A stretch of 64,000 nucleotides of DNA from an uncultured Gaiellales bacterium (GCA_964497425.1 CAZCCR010000005.1:206-64205), one strand, 5' to 3'; shown: positions 47,448 through 58,155, counted from the first letter of the stretch. Made by a program: numbers and translations. The notes: a model not told the origin generated them from the letters alone.

Positions 47448-50000
47448 TCACTCATCCCCGTCATCAGCCGGGTGATCACCCATGGGCCCGGCGTCCTCAC
47501 CGGGACCGTCCTCCTCGAGCCCGTATTCATCAGGCTCCTCGCCACCGTCCGGCCTGAAATCATCCAGAGGGTATTCGTCCTCATCCTCCGGCTCCGTACC
47601 GGACGTGCCGGCGTCACTCCCCGGCTGAAGCAGTTGCTCGATGTCGTCCTCGCCCATCAGCACCCGGCGGGGCTTGCTTCCCTCATAACCGCTGATGACG
47701 CCACGCTTCTCCAGCATGTCGATCAGCCTGCCGGCACGGGTATATCCGACGCGCAGGCGCCGCTGCAGGAAGGAGACGGAAGCAGTGCCGGTGCCGACCA
47801 CCAGTTGCATGGCCTCGGGCAGCAGCTCGTCCTCGTCGGCCTGAAGCACCTCCCCGCCCTCTTCCTCCTTGCCGGCCAGTAACTCTTCCCGGAACTCGGG
47901 CTTACGCTGCGCCTTGCAGCGGTCCGTCAAGAGTTGTATCTCCTCTTCCGAGATGAAAGCGCCCTGGATCCGCTGGATGCGCGAGGAGCCCAGGGGCCGG
48001 AACAGCATGTCTCCCTGTCCCAGCAGGCTCTCGGCGCCCGAGGTATCGAGGATTACCCGCGAATCGATCTGCGAGGAGACGGCGAAGGCTATGCGTGAGG
48101 GGACGTTCGCCTTGATCATACCGGTGATCACATCCACCGATGGCCGCTGCGTCGCCAGTACCAGGTGGATGCCCACCGCCCGCGATTTCTGGGCCAGGCG
48201 GATGATGGCGTCCTCCACTTCCGTGGGCGCCACCATCATCAGGTCCGCCAGTTCGTCCACAACCAGCAATATATAGGGTAGCGTCTTCTGGCCCCGTCCG
48301 GCCCGGACGCGGTTGAGCTCTTCCAGATGCCGCGCCTTGGCCAGCTGCATCTTGCTGTAGCGGGATTCCATCTCTGTGATGAGGTTGGCCAGCACGTTGG
48401 CCGCCTCCTTCATCACCGTCACCACCGGCGTCAGCAGGTGGGGGATCCCCTCGAAATGGCTGAGCTCGACACGTTTGGGATCGATAAGGATCATGCGCAC
48501 CTCATCGGGAGAGCATCTGAGCAGGATGGATGAGACCATGCAGTTGATGCTGCCGCTCTTGCCTGAGCCGGTTGTGCCCGCAACCAGCAGGTGCGGCATC
48601 TGCGCCAGGTCCGCATAAACGGGCTTGCCGGCGATATCCTTGCCCAACCACACCATCAGCGGACCGGAACCCTTGGGAAAATCGCGGAAGATATCACCCA
48701 GCGTCACCATGTCGGGACGCATGTTGGGCACCTCCACACCCACCGCCGACTTGCCCGGGATGGGGGCGAGGATTCTGATATCGGTAGTGGCCAGGGCATA
48801 GGCCAGGTCGTTCTTCAGGTTGCTCACCTTGGACACCTTGATGCCGGGCGCAAGCTGCAGCTCGTAACGCGTGACACGAGGTCCGGAGACAGTGCCGATC
48901 ACCGCCGCCTCGATGCCGAAGCTGGCGAGGGTCTCCACCAGCACGCGGCTGATACGGTCACGGCCGGCGTCCGATTCCCCCTCCTGTCCACTGCTCTTCT
49001 TCAGCACATGCGCGTCGGGGGGGACGTACACATCAGCCTCCGCCTCCCGGTCGCGCGGAAAGAGTTCGGCCTGGTGCGGTTCATCCCCCCTTTCCAGCAC
49101 CGCCGTCGCCGGCCCGGCCTCTGCCCCGGCCTGACCCTGAGCGCTTTCGTCGCCCTCGTCCACATCGACGGCCTTCTCCGCCCCCCCTTCGGAAGAATAG
49201 ATATCGGGAAAGTCGCTGGCTCCGTTGAGAAGGACGCCGCCCGCCGCCGGGTCTGCAGTCATGCCGGACGCACCCACCTTGTCCGAACCGGTTTCGACAC
49301 CATAGGGCGCCGCCGTGGCGTCTATCCCACCGCCGGAAGCGCCTGCCGCGACCGCCCGCCTTTCCGAGATCTGCTGCCCCAGAGTCCGCGTGGTCCTGCC
49401 CGCGCTCGCCGCAGCTCGCCTCGCTCCCTTCCCCGACGCAACCAGTACAGCCTTGACCGATGCGCCGGTTATCAGGAAGACGGATGCCATCAGCATGAAC
49501 ACCGCCGCTATTGCGCTTCCCACATCACCTGTCAGCAGGCTGGTGAGCCAGTAAAGACTTTCGCCCACTACACCGCCATGGGCGCTGATATAGTCACCGA
49601 CGAAGAAGGACACATGGACAGATCCTCCCCCCAGCAGCGAGAAGGTGTCAGCTCCGGCAAAGAGGAAAAGCGAAGCAGCCAGCAGCGCCACGCCCGCCTG
49701 CAGCGGCCTGGAGCCGCGGGGGAGTTCGGGGAAGACGAGATAGATTCCCAGGGCGATGAGCGCCGGCGGCGCCAGGTACGCCATCACCCCGAAGAGCAGT
49801 CGCAACAGTTGCTCCAGGGCCGAGCCGATGATGCCGCCGGACCAGCCCAGGTAGAACACAAGGGCCATGAAGCATCCGGAAGCGAAGAGCGCCAGACCAC
49901 CCAGCTCCCGCAGGCGGCGCATGTCGCGCCCGCCGCTGCGCTTTGCCTTGCGGCGCCCCTTCTTTCCCTTTTTGCCGTACCTGGCTGTCTTGCCTGCCAT
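47448..50000 (-). CDS. ftsK: DNA translocase FtsK/SpoIIIE
   Basis: 850 aa. N-terminal TM region, long linker, motor domain with Walker A GTTGSGKS, and a C-terminal gamma winged helix. Confidence 0.9.
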   Translation of the reverse strand: MAGKTARYGKKGKKGRRKAKRSGGRDMRRLRELGGLALFASGCFMALVFYLGWSGGIIGSALEQLLRLLFGVMAYLAPPALIALGIYLVFPELPRGSRPLQAGVALLAASLFLFAGADTFSLLGGGSVHVSFFVGDYISAHGGVVGESLYWLTSLLTGDVGSAIAAVFMLMASVFLITGASVKAVLVASGKGARRAAASAGRTTRTLGQQISERRAVAAGASGGGIDATAAPYGVETGSDKVGASGMTADPAAGGVLLNGASDFPDIYSSEGGAEKAVDVDEGDESAQGQAGAEAGPATAVLERGDEPHQAELFPRDREAEADVYVPPDAHVLKKSSGQEGESDAGRDRISRVLVETLASFGIEAAVIGTVSGPRVTRYELQLAPGIKVSKVSNLKNDLAYALATTDIRILAPIPGKSAVGVEVPNMRPDMVTLGDIFRDFPKGSGPLMVWLGKDIAGKPVYADLAQMPHLLVAGTTGSGKSGSINCMVSSILLRCSPDEVRMILIDPKRVELSHFEGIPHLLTPVVTVMKEAANVLANLITEMESRYSKMQLAKARHLEELNRVRAGRGQKTLPYILLVVDELADLMMVAPTEVEDAIIRLAQKSRAVGIHLVLATQRPSVDVITGMIKANVPSRIAFAVSSQIDSRVILDTSGAESLLGQGDMLFRPLGSSRIQRIQGAFISEEEIQLLTDRCKAQRKPEFREELLAGKEEEGGEVLQADEDELLPEAMQLVVGTGTASVSFLQRRLRVGYTRAGRLIDMLEKRGVISGYEGSKPRRVLMGEDDIEQLLQPGSDAGTSGTEPEDEDEYPLDDFRPDGGEEPDEYGLEEDGPGEDAGPMGDHPADDGDE

Positions 50001-50049
50001 CGACGCTCCTTGGCTTGAACCGCTCCCGCCGGGGGGCGGGGGCAGGAAA

Positions 50050-51711
50050 CTATACTTCGACCACCAGCGCCAGGATCAAAGGGCGTTTCTTGGTCTTCTT
50101 GAAGAGGAACTTCGCCAACCGGTTGTGTATATGTTCCTGCAGCAGTTCGGGATCACCGATACCCTTGCCGGCGCTCTCCTTTAATATATTCTCCACCAGG
50201 CCGGAAACCTCTTTCATCAGCTGGCGGCGGTTCCCCATGTAGACGAAACCCTTGGCGGTTATGTCCGGCTTCGATACCACCGAACCGTCCTGCTCCCGCA
50301 CCGGCGCCACCACGATGAAGGTGCCGTCACGCGACAGCTTCTGGCGATCGCGCAGGGTGACGTCTTTCAGATCACCCACCTCCAGGCCGTCGACGAAAGT
50401 CATGCCGGCGTCGATGCTGTCGACTATCTTCGCACGCCCCCCGGACAGCTCGATCACGTCGCCGTTGGAGGCAGTGATGATGCGCTTGGGACTCATGCCC
50501 AGTTCCCGCGCCAGCTGTGCGTGGAAATGCAGGTGACGGTACTCGCCGTGGATGGGCATGAAATACTCGGGCTGGGTCATGTTTATCAGCATCTTCAGCT
50601 CCTCCCGGGCGGCATGGCCGGAGACGTGGACATGGGCCACGGACTCGTATTTCACCGTCACCCCCGCCTTGAACAGCCGGTTGATCACCCGGTGGACGCT
50701 GACCTCGTTGCCCGGGACGGGACGCGCCGAGATGATCACCGTGTCCCCCGGTTCCAGCTTCACCTTCTTGTGGTTGCCCGCCGCCATGCGCGATAGCGCC
50801 GACAGCGGCTCCCCCTGGCTGCCGCTGGAGAGTATGACGACCTTGGAGGGACGGTAATCGTCTATCTCATTGAGGTTGATCAGCATCTCGTCCGGTATCT
50901 TCAGATACCCCAGCTCGCGGGCGATCTGTGAGTTGCGCACCATGGAACGCCCGACGATGGTCAGCTTGCGGCGGTGATGGCGCGCGGTGTCGACCACCTG
51001 CTGGATGCGATGGATATGGGAGGCAAAAGAGGCGGCGATGATGCGACCCGGCGCCTGGGTGAAGATCTCGTCCAGGGTCTTGCCCACAGACTTCTCCGGC
51101 CCGGTCACGCCCTCGTATTCGGCATTGGTGCTGTCGGAGAGGAGCAGCGACACCCCCTTGCTGCCAAGCTCGCCGAACTTTCCCATATCTGTCCGCCGCT
51201 TGTCGATGGGGTTGGGGTCGAGCTTGAAATCACCCGAGTGGATGACTGTGCCGGCGGGTGTGGTCACGGCAACGCCCACTCCGTCGGGGATGCTGTGGGC
51301 CACACTGATGAACTCGCAACGGAAGGGCCCGATCTCCTCGACCCTGCCTGCTTCGACCTCACGCAGGTCCGCCTCCGCCGCCAGGCCGTGCTCCTCCAGC
51401 TTGTTGGCCACCAGGCCCAGCGTCAGCCTGGTACCGTAGACGGGCACGTTCATCTGCCTGAGCAGGAATGGCAGAGCTCCCACGTGGTCCTCGTGGCCGT
51501 GGGTCAGCAGCACCGCCTCCACTTCATCCACCCTCTCCTTGAGGAATGTGAAATCGGGCAGAATCAGGTCTATACCCAGCAATTCGTCCTTTGGGAACAT
51601 GAGCCCGGCGTCGATGACAAGCAGGCGCCCGTTATACTCGAACACCATCATGTTCTTGCCGATCTCGCCCAGGCCGCCGAGGGGGATTATCCTCATGCTT
51701 TTTTTAGTCAT
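50050..51711 (-). CDS. rnj: Ribonuclease J
   Basis: 553 aa. Metallo-beta-lactamase HGHEDH, beta-CASP, and C-terminal domains. Confidence 0.9.
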   Translation of the reverse strand: MTKKSMRIIPLGGLGEIGKNMMVFEYNGRLLVIDAGLMFPKDELLGIDLILPDFTFLKERVDEVEAVLLTHGHEDHVGALPFLLRQMNVPVYGTRLTLGLVANKLEEHGLAAEADLREVEAGRVEEIGPFRCEFISVAHSIPDGVGVAVTTPAGTVIHSGDFKLDPNPIDKRRTDMGKFGELGSKGVSLLLSDSTNAEYEGVTGPEKSVGKTLDEIFTQAPGRIIAASFASHIHRIQQVVDTARHHRRKLTIVGRSMVRNSQIARELGYLKIPDEMLINLNEIDDYRPSKVVILSSGSQGEPLSALSRMAAGNHKKVKLEPGDTVIISARPVPGNEVSVHRVINRLFKAGVTVKYESVAHVHVSGHAAREELKMLINMTQPEYFMPIHGEYRHLHFHAQLARELGMSPKRIITASNGDVIELSGGRAKIVDSIDAGMTFVDGLEVGDLKDVTLRDRQKLSRDGTFIVVAPVREQDGSVVSKPDITAKGFVYMGNRRQLMKEVSGLVENILKESAGKGIGDPELLQEHIHNRLAKFLFKKTKKRPLILALVVEV

Positions 51712-51776
51712 TAGGATACTTTCGTGCGGGAAGACGGTATTCCTGCATCACAGCGGTTCTTTGGCGGGGCGGGACC

Positions 51777-52667
51777 TCACGCCTCCTGAGCCGCCAAGGA
51801 CATCTGTTCCAGTACCCGGCGCATGTGTTCTTCCTCGGCGGCGTTGGCCCGCACCAGGGGCAGCCTCAGACCACCCACATCATGTCCAAGCATGTTGAGT
51901 GCGGTCTTTACCATGATGGGATTGGCGGTGATGAAGAGGCTCTGGTACAGCGGCTTCAGCTCTTCGTCGATAGCGAGGGCGGCTTCCTCCTTTCCGGCCC
52001 GGTACAGCTCCACCATCTCCTTCATCCTGGGACCGGCCAGGTGTGAGGCGACGCAGATGCCTCCCCATGCGCCGTACCGGAGCATGGGAAAGAGCATGTC
52101 ATCGTTGCCTGCGTACAGGCCGATGTCACAGATCTCCGCCAGTCGCTGCGTCTGTTCCATATCCGGGTTCGCCTGCTTGACGGCGACTATGTTCTCGATG
52201 GCGTAAAGTTCGGCCAGTGTCTCCGGTTCGATATTGACGGCGCAGCGCCCGGGGATGTTGTAAAGGATGACCGGTTTGTCCGTCGCCTCGGCGACGGCGC
52301 TGAAATGTGCGATGATGCCCGCCACCGGCGGCTTGTTGTAATAGGGCGTCACCGCCAGGATCCCGTCCACGCCCAGCGCCGTCGCCTTCTCCGTCAGGTG
52401 GACGCTGTGGGCCGTGTCGTTGGAGCCTGTACCGGCGATGACAGCGGCCCTTTCCCCCACCGCGTCGCGGACGGCGCTGAAGAGGCCCAGCTTCTCCTCG
52501 TCGCTCAGGGTAGGTGATTCGCCGGTGGTGCCGCTCACCACCAGGCCGTCGGAACCGTTGTCCACCAGGAATCGGGCCAGCTGGGCGGTCCCGTCGTAAT
52601 CGACGGAGCCGTCCTCGTTGAAAGCCGTGACCATGGCGGTGATTATGTCTCCCAGCGATCTGTCCAT
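51777..52667 (-). CDS. dapA: 4-hydroxy-tetrahydrodipicolinate synthase
   Basis: 296 aa. GTTGESPTLS plus an active-site Lys region. Confidence 0.9.
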   Translation of the reverse strand: MDRSLGDIITAMVTAFNEDGSVDYDGTAQLARFLVDNGSDGLVVSGTTGESPTLSDEEKLGLFSAVRDAVGERAAVIAGTGSNDTAHSVHLTEKATALGVDGILAVTPYYNKPPVAGIIAHFSAVAEATDKPVILYNIPGRCAVNIEPETLAELYAIENIVAVKQANPDMEQTQRLAEICDIGLYAGNDDMLFPMLRYGAWGGICVASHLAGPRMKEMVELYRAGKEEAALAIDEELKPLYQSLFITANPIMVKTALNMLGHDVGGLRLPLVRANAAEEEHMRRVLEQMSLAAQEA

Positions 52668-52687
52668 GGGCGATAATTATGGCAGAT

Positions 52688-53461
52688 TCAGAAGAGCTTC
52701 TCCAGCCCGACCACCATGCCGTCGAGCTTCATCACCTTGTGCAGAGCCAGCAGCACGCCTGGCATGAACGACTGGCGGGAAAGGGAGTCGTGCCTGATAG
52801 TCAGGGTCTGCCCCAGGCCGCCGAAGACGACCTCCTCGTGGGCCACCAGCCCCGGCAGCCGGACACTGTGTATGGGAATACCCCGGTGGGTCCTGCCGCG
52901 GGAGGGCTCGCCCGCGGGACCCGGCGGATGCCGGGCGTCCCCCCTGGCCTCGGCGATGAGGTCGGCGGTTCTCAACGCCGTCCCCGAGGGCGCATCCAGT
53001 TTGCGGTCATGGTGCAGCTCGATGATCTCGCAGGCAGGCATCTGCCGCGCTACCATCCGCGCCGCCTCCATCAGCATCACCGCTCCCACGGCGAAGTTGG
53101 GGGCAAGGAAACAGTTTGCGCTGCCTGTCGTCGCCTTCCTCTCTATCTCCTCCAGCTGTTCGTCACTCAGACCCGTGGTGCCTACCACGCAATGGACGCC
53201 CCGGTCGAGACAGGCCATCACGTTGCCGAACACCGAATCCGGCGTAGTGAAGTCCACCGCCGCGTCCGGGCCCATCTCCAACCCTGCCTCCAGTGAAGCG
53301 TGACATGCCGCGCCCGCCAGCTCCGGCGCTTCCGCCTGCTCCCTCTCGCCGAACGCCGGGTCGACAGCCACATCCAGGCTCAGGCCCTTCTCCGCGGCTA
53401 CGGCTGCGCAGACGGTTCTTCCCATCCGCCCCGATGCTCCCACCACCATCACGCTTATCAT
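52688..53461 (-). CDS. dapB: 4-hydroxy-tetrahydrodipicolinate reductase
   Basis: 257 aa; NAD(P) motif VVGASGRMG. Confidence 0.9.
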   Translation of the reverse strand: MISVMVVGASGRMGRTVCAAVAAEKGLSLDVAVDPAFGEREQAEAPELAGAACHASLEAGLEMGPDAAVDFTTPDSVFGNVMACLDRGVHCVVGTTGLSDEQLEEIERKATTGSANCFLAPNFAVGAVMLMEAARMVARQMPACEIIELHHDRKLDAPSGTALRTADLIAEARGDARHPPGPAGEPSRGRTHRGIPIHSVRLPGLVAHEEVVFGGLGQTLTIRHDSLSRQSFMPGVLLALHKVMKLDGMVVGLEKLF

Positions 53462-53493
53462 GCTACCTCCCTGTCGAAACCTCTTGTCAAGGC

Positions 53494-54507
53494 CTATATC
53501 CTCCGGTCCACCGTAGCGGCGGCGATCAGCTCCAGGGGAGCTGTGTCGATGCTGCCGGCCGTCTCTGCCAGCGACTCCAGGGCCTTGCCCACATAGGCCT
53601 GGGCCTCTCTCCGGGCGCCTTCCAGCGCTCCGCTCGACCGCACCCTGTTTATGACCTCCGACACACGCCTGTCGTCCATCTCTCCCTCCAGAAGCCCGGC
53701 CAGGCTTTCGTCAAGTTCCATGGCGAGTATCAGCGGCAGGGTGACGGTACCGTCCCTCAGGTCGACACCGGTGCCTTTCCCGGTCAGCTCCGTCTCCTCC
53801 GAGAAATCAAGCATATCATCGGATATCTGGAACGCCAGACCGATGCAGCTTCCGAACGCCGCCATGGCCTCGACAACGTCACTGCTGCAACCCGACAGCA
53901 CCGCGCCCAGGCGGCAGGAGGTGGCGAACAGGCTTGATGTCTTCATGCGGCAACGCTCCTCATAGGAATCGCGGCCGAGAGAGAAATCACCGGCGGCGGC
54001 CATCTGCATCAACTCCCCCCTGCTCAGGTCCTCGCTGGTCTGCGTCAGCAGCGACACACAGCGGGAAGAACCCGTGGACGCCAGCACATCGAAGGCCGAG
54101 GCGAAAAGGTAATCCCCGGCCGCTATGCTCACTTCCCGCCCGTAGCGGGACACCACCGTAGGCTGGCCCCGCCTCAACTCGGCTTCATCGAGCACGTCAT
54201 CGTGTACCAGGGTTGCCATATGCACCATCTCCACAGCCGCCGCCGCAGCGTAGTGCTCATGGGAGAACTCGAAACCGGCGCGGGTCGAGAGGAAAACCAG
54301 CAGCGGCCGCAGGCGCTTGCCGCCGGCCTCGAGGGTCATCCCTGAGGACCGGGACAGCTTGCCGCCGGGCATATCTGTTATCTCCGCCATCCTCTGTTCG
54401 CTGCGAGCCAGGTGCGGCGCGTAGCGTTCCCAGTAGCGCTCCTTGAACAGCTCCAGGGCATCCCTGCCGCCGGCGACTTCACCCGCCTGCCTGCCGGCGC
54501 TGTTCAT
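53494..54507 (-). CDS. Polyprenyl diphosphate synthase (trans-IPPS)
   Basis: First Asp-rich motif LVHDDVLDE; second ISDDMLD. ATG 54505-54507 overlaps the ubiE stop; the ORF track extends to 54729. Confidence 0.8.
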   Translation of the reverse strand: MNSAGRQAGEVAGGRDALELFKERYWERYAPHLARSEQRMAEITDMPGGKLSRSSGMTLEAGGKRLRPLLVFLSTRAGFEFSHEHYAAAAAVEMVHMATLVHDDVLDEAELRRGQPTVVSRYGREVSIAAGDYLFASAFDVLASTGSSRCVSLLTQTSEDLSRGELMQMAAAGDFSLGRDSYEERCRMKTSSLFATSCRLGAVLSGCSSDVVEAMAAFGSCIGLAFQISDDMLDFSEETELTGKGTGVDLRDGTVTLPLILAMELDESLAGLLEGEMDDRRVSEVINRVRSSGALEGARREAQAYVGKALESLAETAGSIDTAPLELIAAATVDRRI

Positions 54508-55229
54508 GCCGTACCCCGGTGCAGGGCGATGATGCTTCCGGCCATCAGGCGGTACGAGACATCGGACAGTCCCGCCTCCGCCATCACCTGCGCCAGCCTG
54601 TCCGCCGGCGGGAAACGCCGCACCGAGGCCGGCAGGTAGGAATAGGCGCTCCTGTCCCTGGACACAACCCTGCCCAGAGCCGGGACAACACGGTCGAACC
54701 AGATGCCGAAAAAGCGGTTGAACGGCCACCGCGTCGGACTGGTTATCTCCAGGCAGACCACCCTGCCCCCGGGGCGGGTGACCCGCGCCATCTCGGAAAA
54801 GGCCTTTCCCAGGTCGGGGATGTTGCGTACGCCGAAGCCGACCGTGACGGCATCGAAACTGCCGTCTTCGAATTCCAGCGCCGTGGCGTCCCCCCAGCGG
54901 AAGTCGACCGGCGCCCCCCGTTCGCGGGATTTCTCCCGGGCCACATCGAGCATGGGGCGGCTGAAGTCCACGGCCACCACCCTGCCACCGGGGCCCGTCC
55001 TCTTCTCGAGCTCGAAGGCGAAGTCACCGGTGCCGCAACAGACATCAAGGACGCTGTCCCCCGGGAAGACCGCGGCGGCTTCCACTCCCAGACGGCGCCA
55101 CCTGCGGTGCATGCCCGCCGTCATCAGGCTGTTCATCAGGTCATAGCGGCGGGCGATGGCTCCGAACATGCCGCGGACCCGTTCGGGATCGGGACCGGCC
55201 AGCCCCGGCTGCCGGGCGCCCGCGCTCAT
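54504..55229 (-). CDS. ubiE: Demethylmenaquinone/ubiquinone C-methyltransferase
   Basis: 241 aa. SAM motif VLDVCCGTGD; UbiE/MenG family N-terminus. Confidence 0.85.
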   Translation of the reverse strand: MSAGARQPGLAGPDPERVRGMFGAIARRYDLMNSLMTAGMHRRWRRLGVEAAAVFPGDSVLDVCCGTGDFAFELEKRTGPGGRVVAVDFSRPMLDVAREKSRERGAPVDFRWGDATALEFEDGSFDAVTVGFGVRNIPDLGKAFSEMARVTRPGGRVVCLEITSPTRWPFNRFFGIWFDRVVPALGRVVSRDRSAYSYLPASVRRFPPADRLAQVMAEAGLSDVSYRLMAGSIIALHRGTA

Positions 55230-55831
55230 CCTGTCCCCTGCCAGCGCCGGAAGAGCTCATGGCTGACGCCGATGGAATCCAGCACCTTGCCGGCGACGAA
55301 ATCAGCCAGGTCTTCGATGGTCCGGGGGTGATGATAATAAGCCGGCATGGCCGGGATCAACAGGGCGCCGGCACGCCTCGCCGCCAGCATGTTCCGCAGG
55401 TGGATTTCACTCAGCGGCGTCTCGCGCGGCACCAGCGCCAGCGGCCGCGATTCCTTCAGCATCACATCAGCGACGCGGTGGATGAGGTTTCGGGTAATCC
55501 CGTTGGCGACCGAAGCCAGGGAGGACATGGAACAGGGACAGACGACGGCTGCATCCGCCATGGCGCTGCCGCTGGCGAACTCGTTTGCCATATCACCGGG
55601 TTCGACCAGGCGTTCCAGGGAGCGGGTAAGGCCGTGGCGTTCACCGAAGCCTTTGATCACGCCGGCACGGTCCATACCGCCTGTCGCGGACAGCTCCTCG
55701 GCTCGCATGACATCGACGGCGCCATCGGATATACAGGTGGTGACGTCCAGGTCCGGCCGCTCCAGGGCCCTCAGCAGGCGGCCACCGTAGATCACGCCGC
55801 TGGAGCCGGTGATTCCGACAAATATCCTCAT
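55226..55831 (-). CDS. ubiX: Flavin prenyltransferase UbiX
   Basis: 201 aa. GITGSSG...; PCSMSSLA. Confidence 0.85.
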   Translation of the reverse strand: MRIFVGITGSSGVIYGGRLLRALERPDLDVTTCISDGAVDVMRAEELSATGGMDRAGVIKGFGERHGLTRSLERLVEPGDMANEFASGSAMADAAVVCPCSMSSLASVANGITRNLIHRVADVMLKESRPLALVPRETPLSEIHLRNMLAARRAGALLIPAMPAYYHHPRTIEDLADFVAGKVLDSIGVSHELFRRWQGTG

Positions 55832-55857
55832 CAGACCTTAAAGTCTAGCACAACCGC

Positions 55858-57972
55858 TCAGGACTGCGGACCGGCCCTGGCAGCTACAACCACCCTCTCC
55901 TCGCTCTCCCGGGCCAGCCTCAACGCCTGTTCCGCCTTCTCCATCAATGCCGACGCGTCAGCGGCATGGGATGGGAAGCCGGCTATGCCGATGCGGATGT
56001 CTATCGTGGCAGGCTGCCCGCCGTCGCCGGGAATGCCGCCCATGGCATCCCTGACCCTGGCGGCAAGCTTCATGGCGTCCATGCCCTCACCGCCGCCGTC
56101 GACGGCCGTCTCCGGCATCAACACCGCGAACTCATCGGAGCTGTACCTGGCGACGATGTCCACCTGGCGCACGGCCGCCTCGAGCCTGGCGGCGACGAGT
56201 CTGACGATGTCTTCGTCCCAGACGCCCGTGGCCGTCGCGGCTTCCCCCTCCGGCACCCCCATCTCCGCGATGAGCATGGATACGGGACGCTGGAAACGCT
56301 CGCTCCTTGCCACTTCCCGCCTGGTGGCCTCGAAGAAGAAGCGATGGTTGTACAGGCCGCTGGAACTGTCCCTGAGGGCGCCGCTTCTCGCCTGCTGTAT
56401 CTGGCGGGCGCTGTCGAGCACCACTCCCAGTTGCCTGGTGAGCGGTATGAGCATATCCGCTTCCTCGCGGGTGAACCCGTCCTCGCTGAAGCTGCCCAGG
56501 TTCAGCGTCCCCAGCACCTCCCCCCTGGAGACCAGGGGGAAGACGGCATCGGAGCGGATACCCTCCTCCACCAGCAGCTTGTCCGCCGGATATTCCTTGC
56601 CGGTGATGCCATCGCGCAGGTGGAAGCGGCGCTCATCCATCACCTTGCCGTAAGGCAGCGCGTCCTTCGGCAGCCTCAGCCCGTCCACCAGCCATGTGCG
56701 GGGCGCGCTGGTATCCATGGCCACTATCTCGAACTCTCCCGTCTCCGGATGCCAGATGGCCAGACTGGCCCGGTCGAAATGAAGTATCTTGCCGGCGAGC
56801 CTGACGAAGGTGTGGTAGACGCTGACGATGCCTCCCGCGGTGTCCGCCCTCTCCGACAGCTCCGATATCATCTCCACCTGCTCCCGGTCGCGGTCCAGTT
56901 CACCCACCAGCGAGGCGTTCTCCACCGCCGCCGCTATGCGGTCAGCGGCTATACAGAGGGTGTTCTTCTCCTCCTCGGTGTAATGATGGGCAACCAGAGA
57001 AGCCAGGGTGAGCATCCCTAGCGGACCCTCGACTCCACGCAGGGGAATGGTGATGAGGGTCCTTGTCCCCATCTCACGCAGACAGGGGTTGATGATGCGC
57101 CGGTCGCCGGCGACATCTTCAGCCACTGACACCACGTCACCGGCGAAGGACTGGCCGACGATCCCCTCCCCGACCCGAGCGGTCAGCGCCGAGGCCGCCT
57201 CCCTCTCCAGGCCGAAGGTCGCCCTCACCACCAGCGACTCGCCGGACCTGTCCGGCAGTGATACGTAGCCCAGGTCGGCGCCGGCGAAGGATGCCACCGA
57301 TTCCAGAAGGTTCTGCAGCAGGTCGCTCAGCTGGATGGAGGAGACCGCCGCCTCGGACAGGGTGACGAGACCGGCGAGTTTCTCGCTGCGCGCCTGGGAG
57401 TTGGCGTAGGCCACTTCCAGTTCCTCCTCCCTCTCGCTGAGGAGGTAGCTCATGGCGTAGAAATTCTCCGTGATCTCCCTTACCGGGTCCCTGGTCGCTT
57501 CCCTGTAAACCTCGCAGAGGCGGCAGTCCTGGAGCTTTCTGGCGAACTTGCCCTGCACCTGGCCGCGGCAGAAGGTACCGGCGATGAGCCAGCATCGGGC
57601 GTTCTCCATACCGTGGACCGGGCAATCCTCGTAATCGCAGTCGAGCTTTCGCCAACAGGTACCCAGTGATTCGTCCTGGAGGACGGAGCCCCAGCTCTTC
57701 CTGGCGGTAGCCGTGAGCATCAGCTGGTTGACGCGGCTGCGCGCCTGGTCCATCCGGTTGCCCCAGCGGTACAGGGCGTTCTCCCTCAGCGCCAGCAGGA
57801 TGAATCCGGTGATGAAGAGGGGGATGAAAGCGGCGATGATGTAGTTGTGATAGGGGACGCCGAGATATTCCAGCAAAGCGTGCGTCGAGACCAGAACTAT
57901 CCCGATGACCACCCCGGAAAGGGCATATACCACCACTCGGGACCTGCCGAATCCTAGCTTCAAGACTCTCAC
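55858..57972 (-). CDS. Membrane sensor with a Cys-rich module, two GAF domains and a degenerate GGDEF domain (RYSSDEF)
   Basis: 704 aa, 2 TM helices. Cys-rich block CWRKLDCDYEDCPVHG...CWLIAGTFC...CRLC. GAF domains. GGDEF-like domain with SSDEF in place of GG(D/E)EF. Confidence 0.75.
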   Translation of the reverse strand: MRVLKLGFGRSRVVVYALSGVVIGIVLVSTHALLEYLGVPYHNYIIAAFIPLFITGFILLALRENALYRWGNRMDQARSRVNQLMLTATARKSWGSVLQDESLGTCWRKLDCDYEDCPVHGMENARCWLIAGTFCRGQVQGKFARKLQDCRLCEVYREATRDPVREITENFYAMSYLLSEREEELEVAYANSQARSEKLAGLVTLSEAAVSSIQLSDLLQNLLESVASFAGADLGYVSLPDRSGESLVVRATFGLEREAASALTARVGEGIVGQSFAGDVVSVAEDVAGDRRIINPCLREMGTRTLITIPLRGVEGPLGMLTLASLVAHHYTEEEKNTLCIAADRIAAAVENASLVGELDRDREQVEMISELSERADTAGGIVSVYHTFVRLAGKILHFDRASLAIWHPETGEFEIVAMDTSAPRTWLVDGLRLPKDALPYGKVMDERRFHLRDGITGKEYPADKLLVEEGIRSDAVFPLVSRGEVLGTLNLGSFSEDGFTREEADMLIPLTRQLGVVLDSARQIQQARSGALRDSSSGLYNHRFFFEATRREVARSERFQRPVSMLIAEMGVPEGEAATATGVWDEDIVRLVAARLEAAVRQVDIVARYSSDEFAVLMPETAVDGGGEGMDAMKLAARVRDAMGGIPGDGGQPATIDIRIGIAGFPSHAADASALMEKAEQALRLARESEERVVVAARAGPQS

Positions 57973-58155
57973 CCGCCCCTTTGCATCGGTCCTTTGCCGG
58001 TATTTTATCCCGAAAAGAGACGATTAGCAAATATAGATAGCTCTATTAGAAAATTTAATAGAGCAATCTATTGACGATACCTAACGGGGTATGGTATCTT
58101 ACGAGCCAGGAAGAAAGGTGCCCAAACCTTTCAACCCCCACCCCCCTAGTGGAAA

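Noticed and set aside
48591-50018. 475-aa ORF on the plus strand
   Set aside because: Antisense to ftsK (Walker A and the gamma domain are clearly on the minus strand).
55259-56653. 464-aa ORF on the plus strand
   Set aside because: Antisense to ubiX and the GAF/GGDEF sensor gene; low-complexity Ala/Ser/Gly product.
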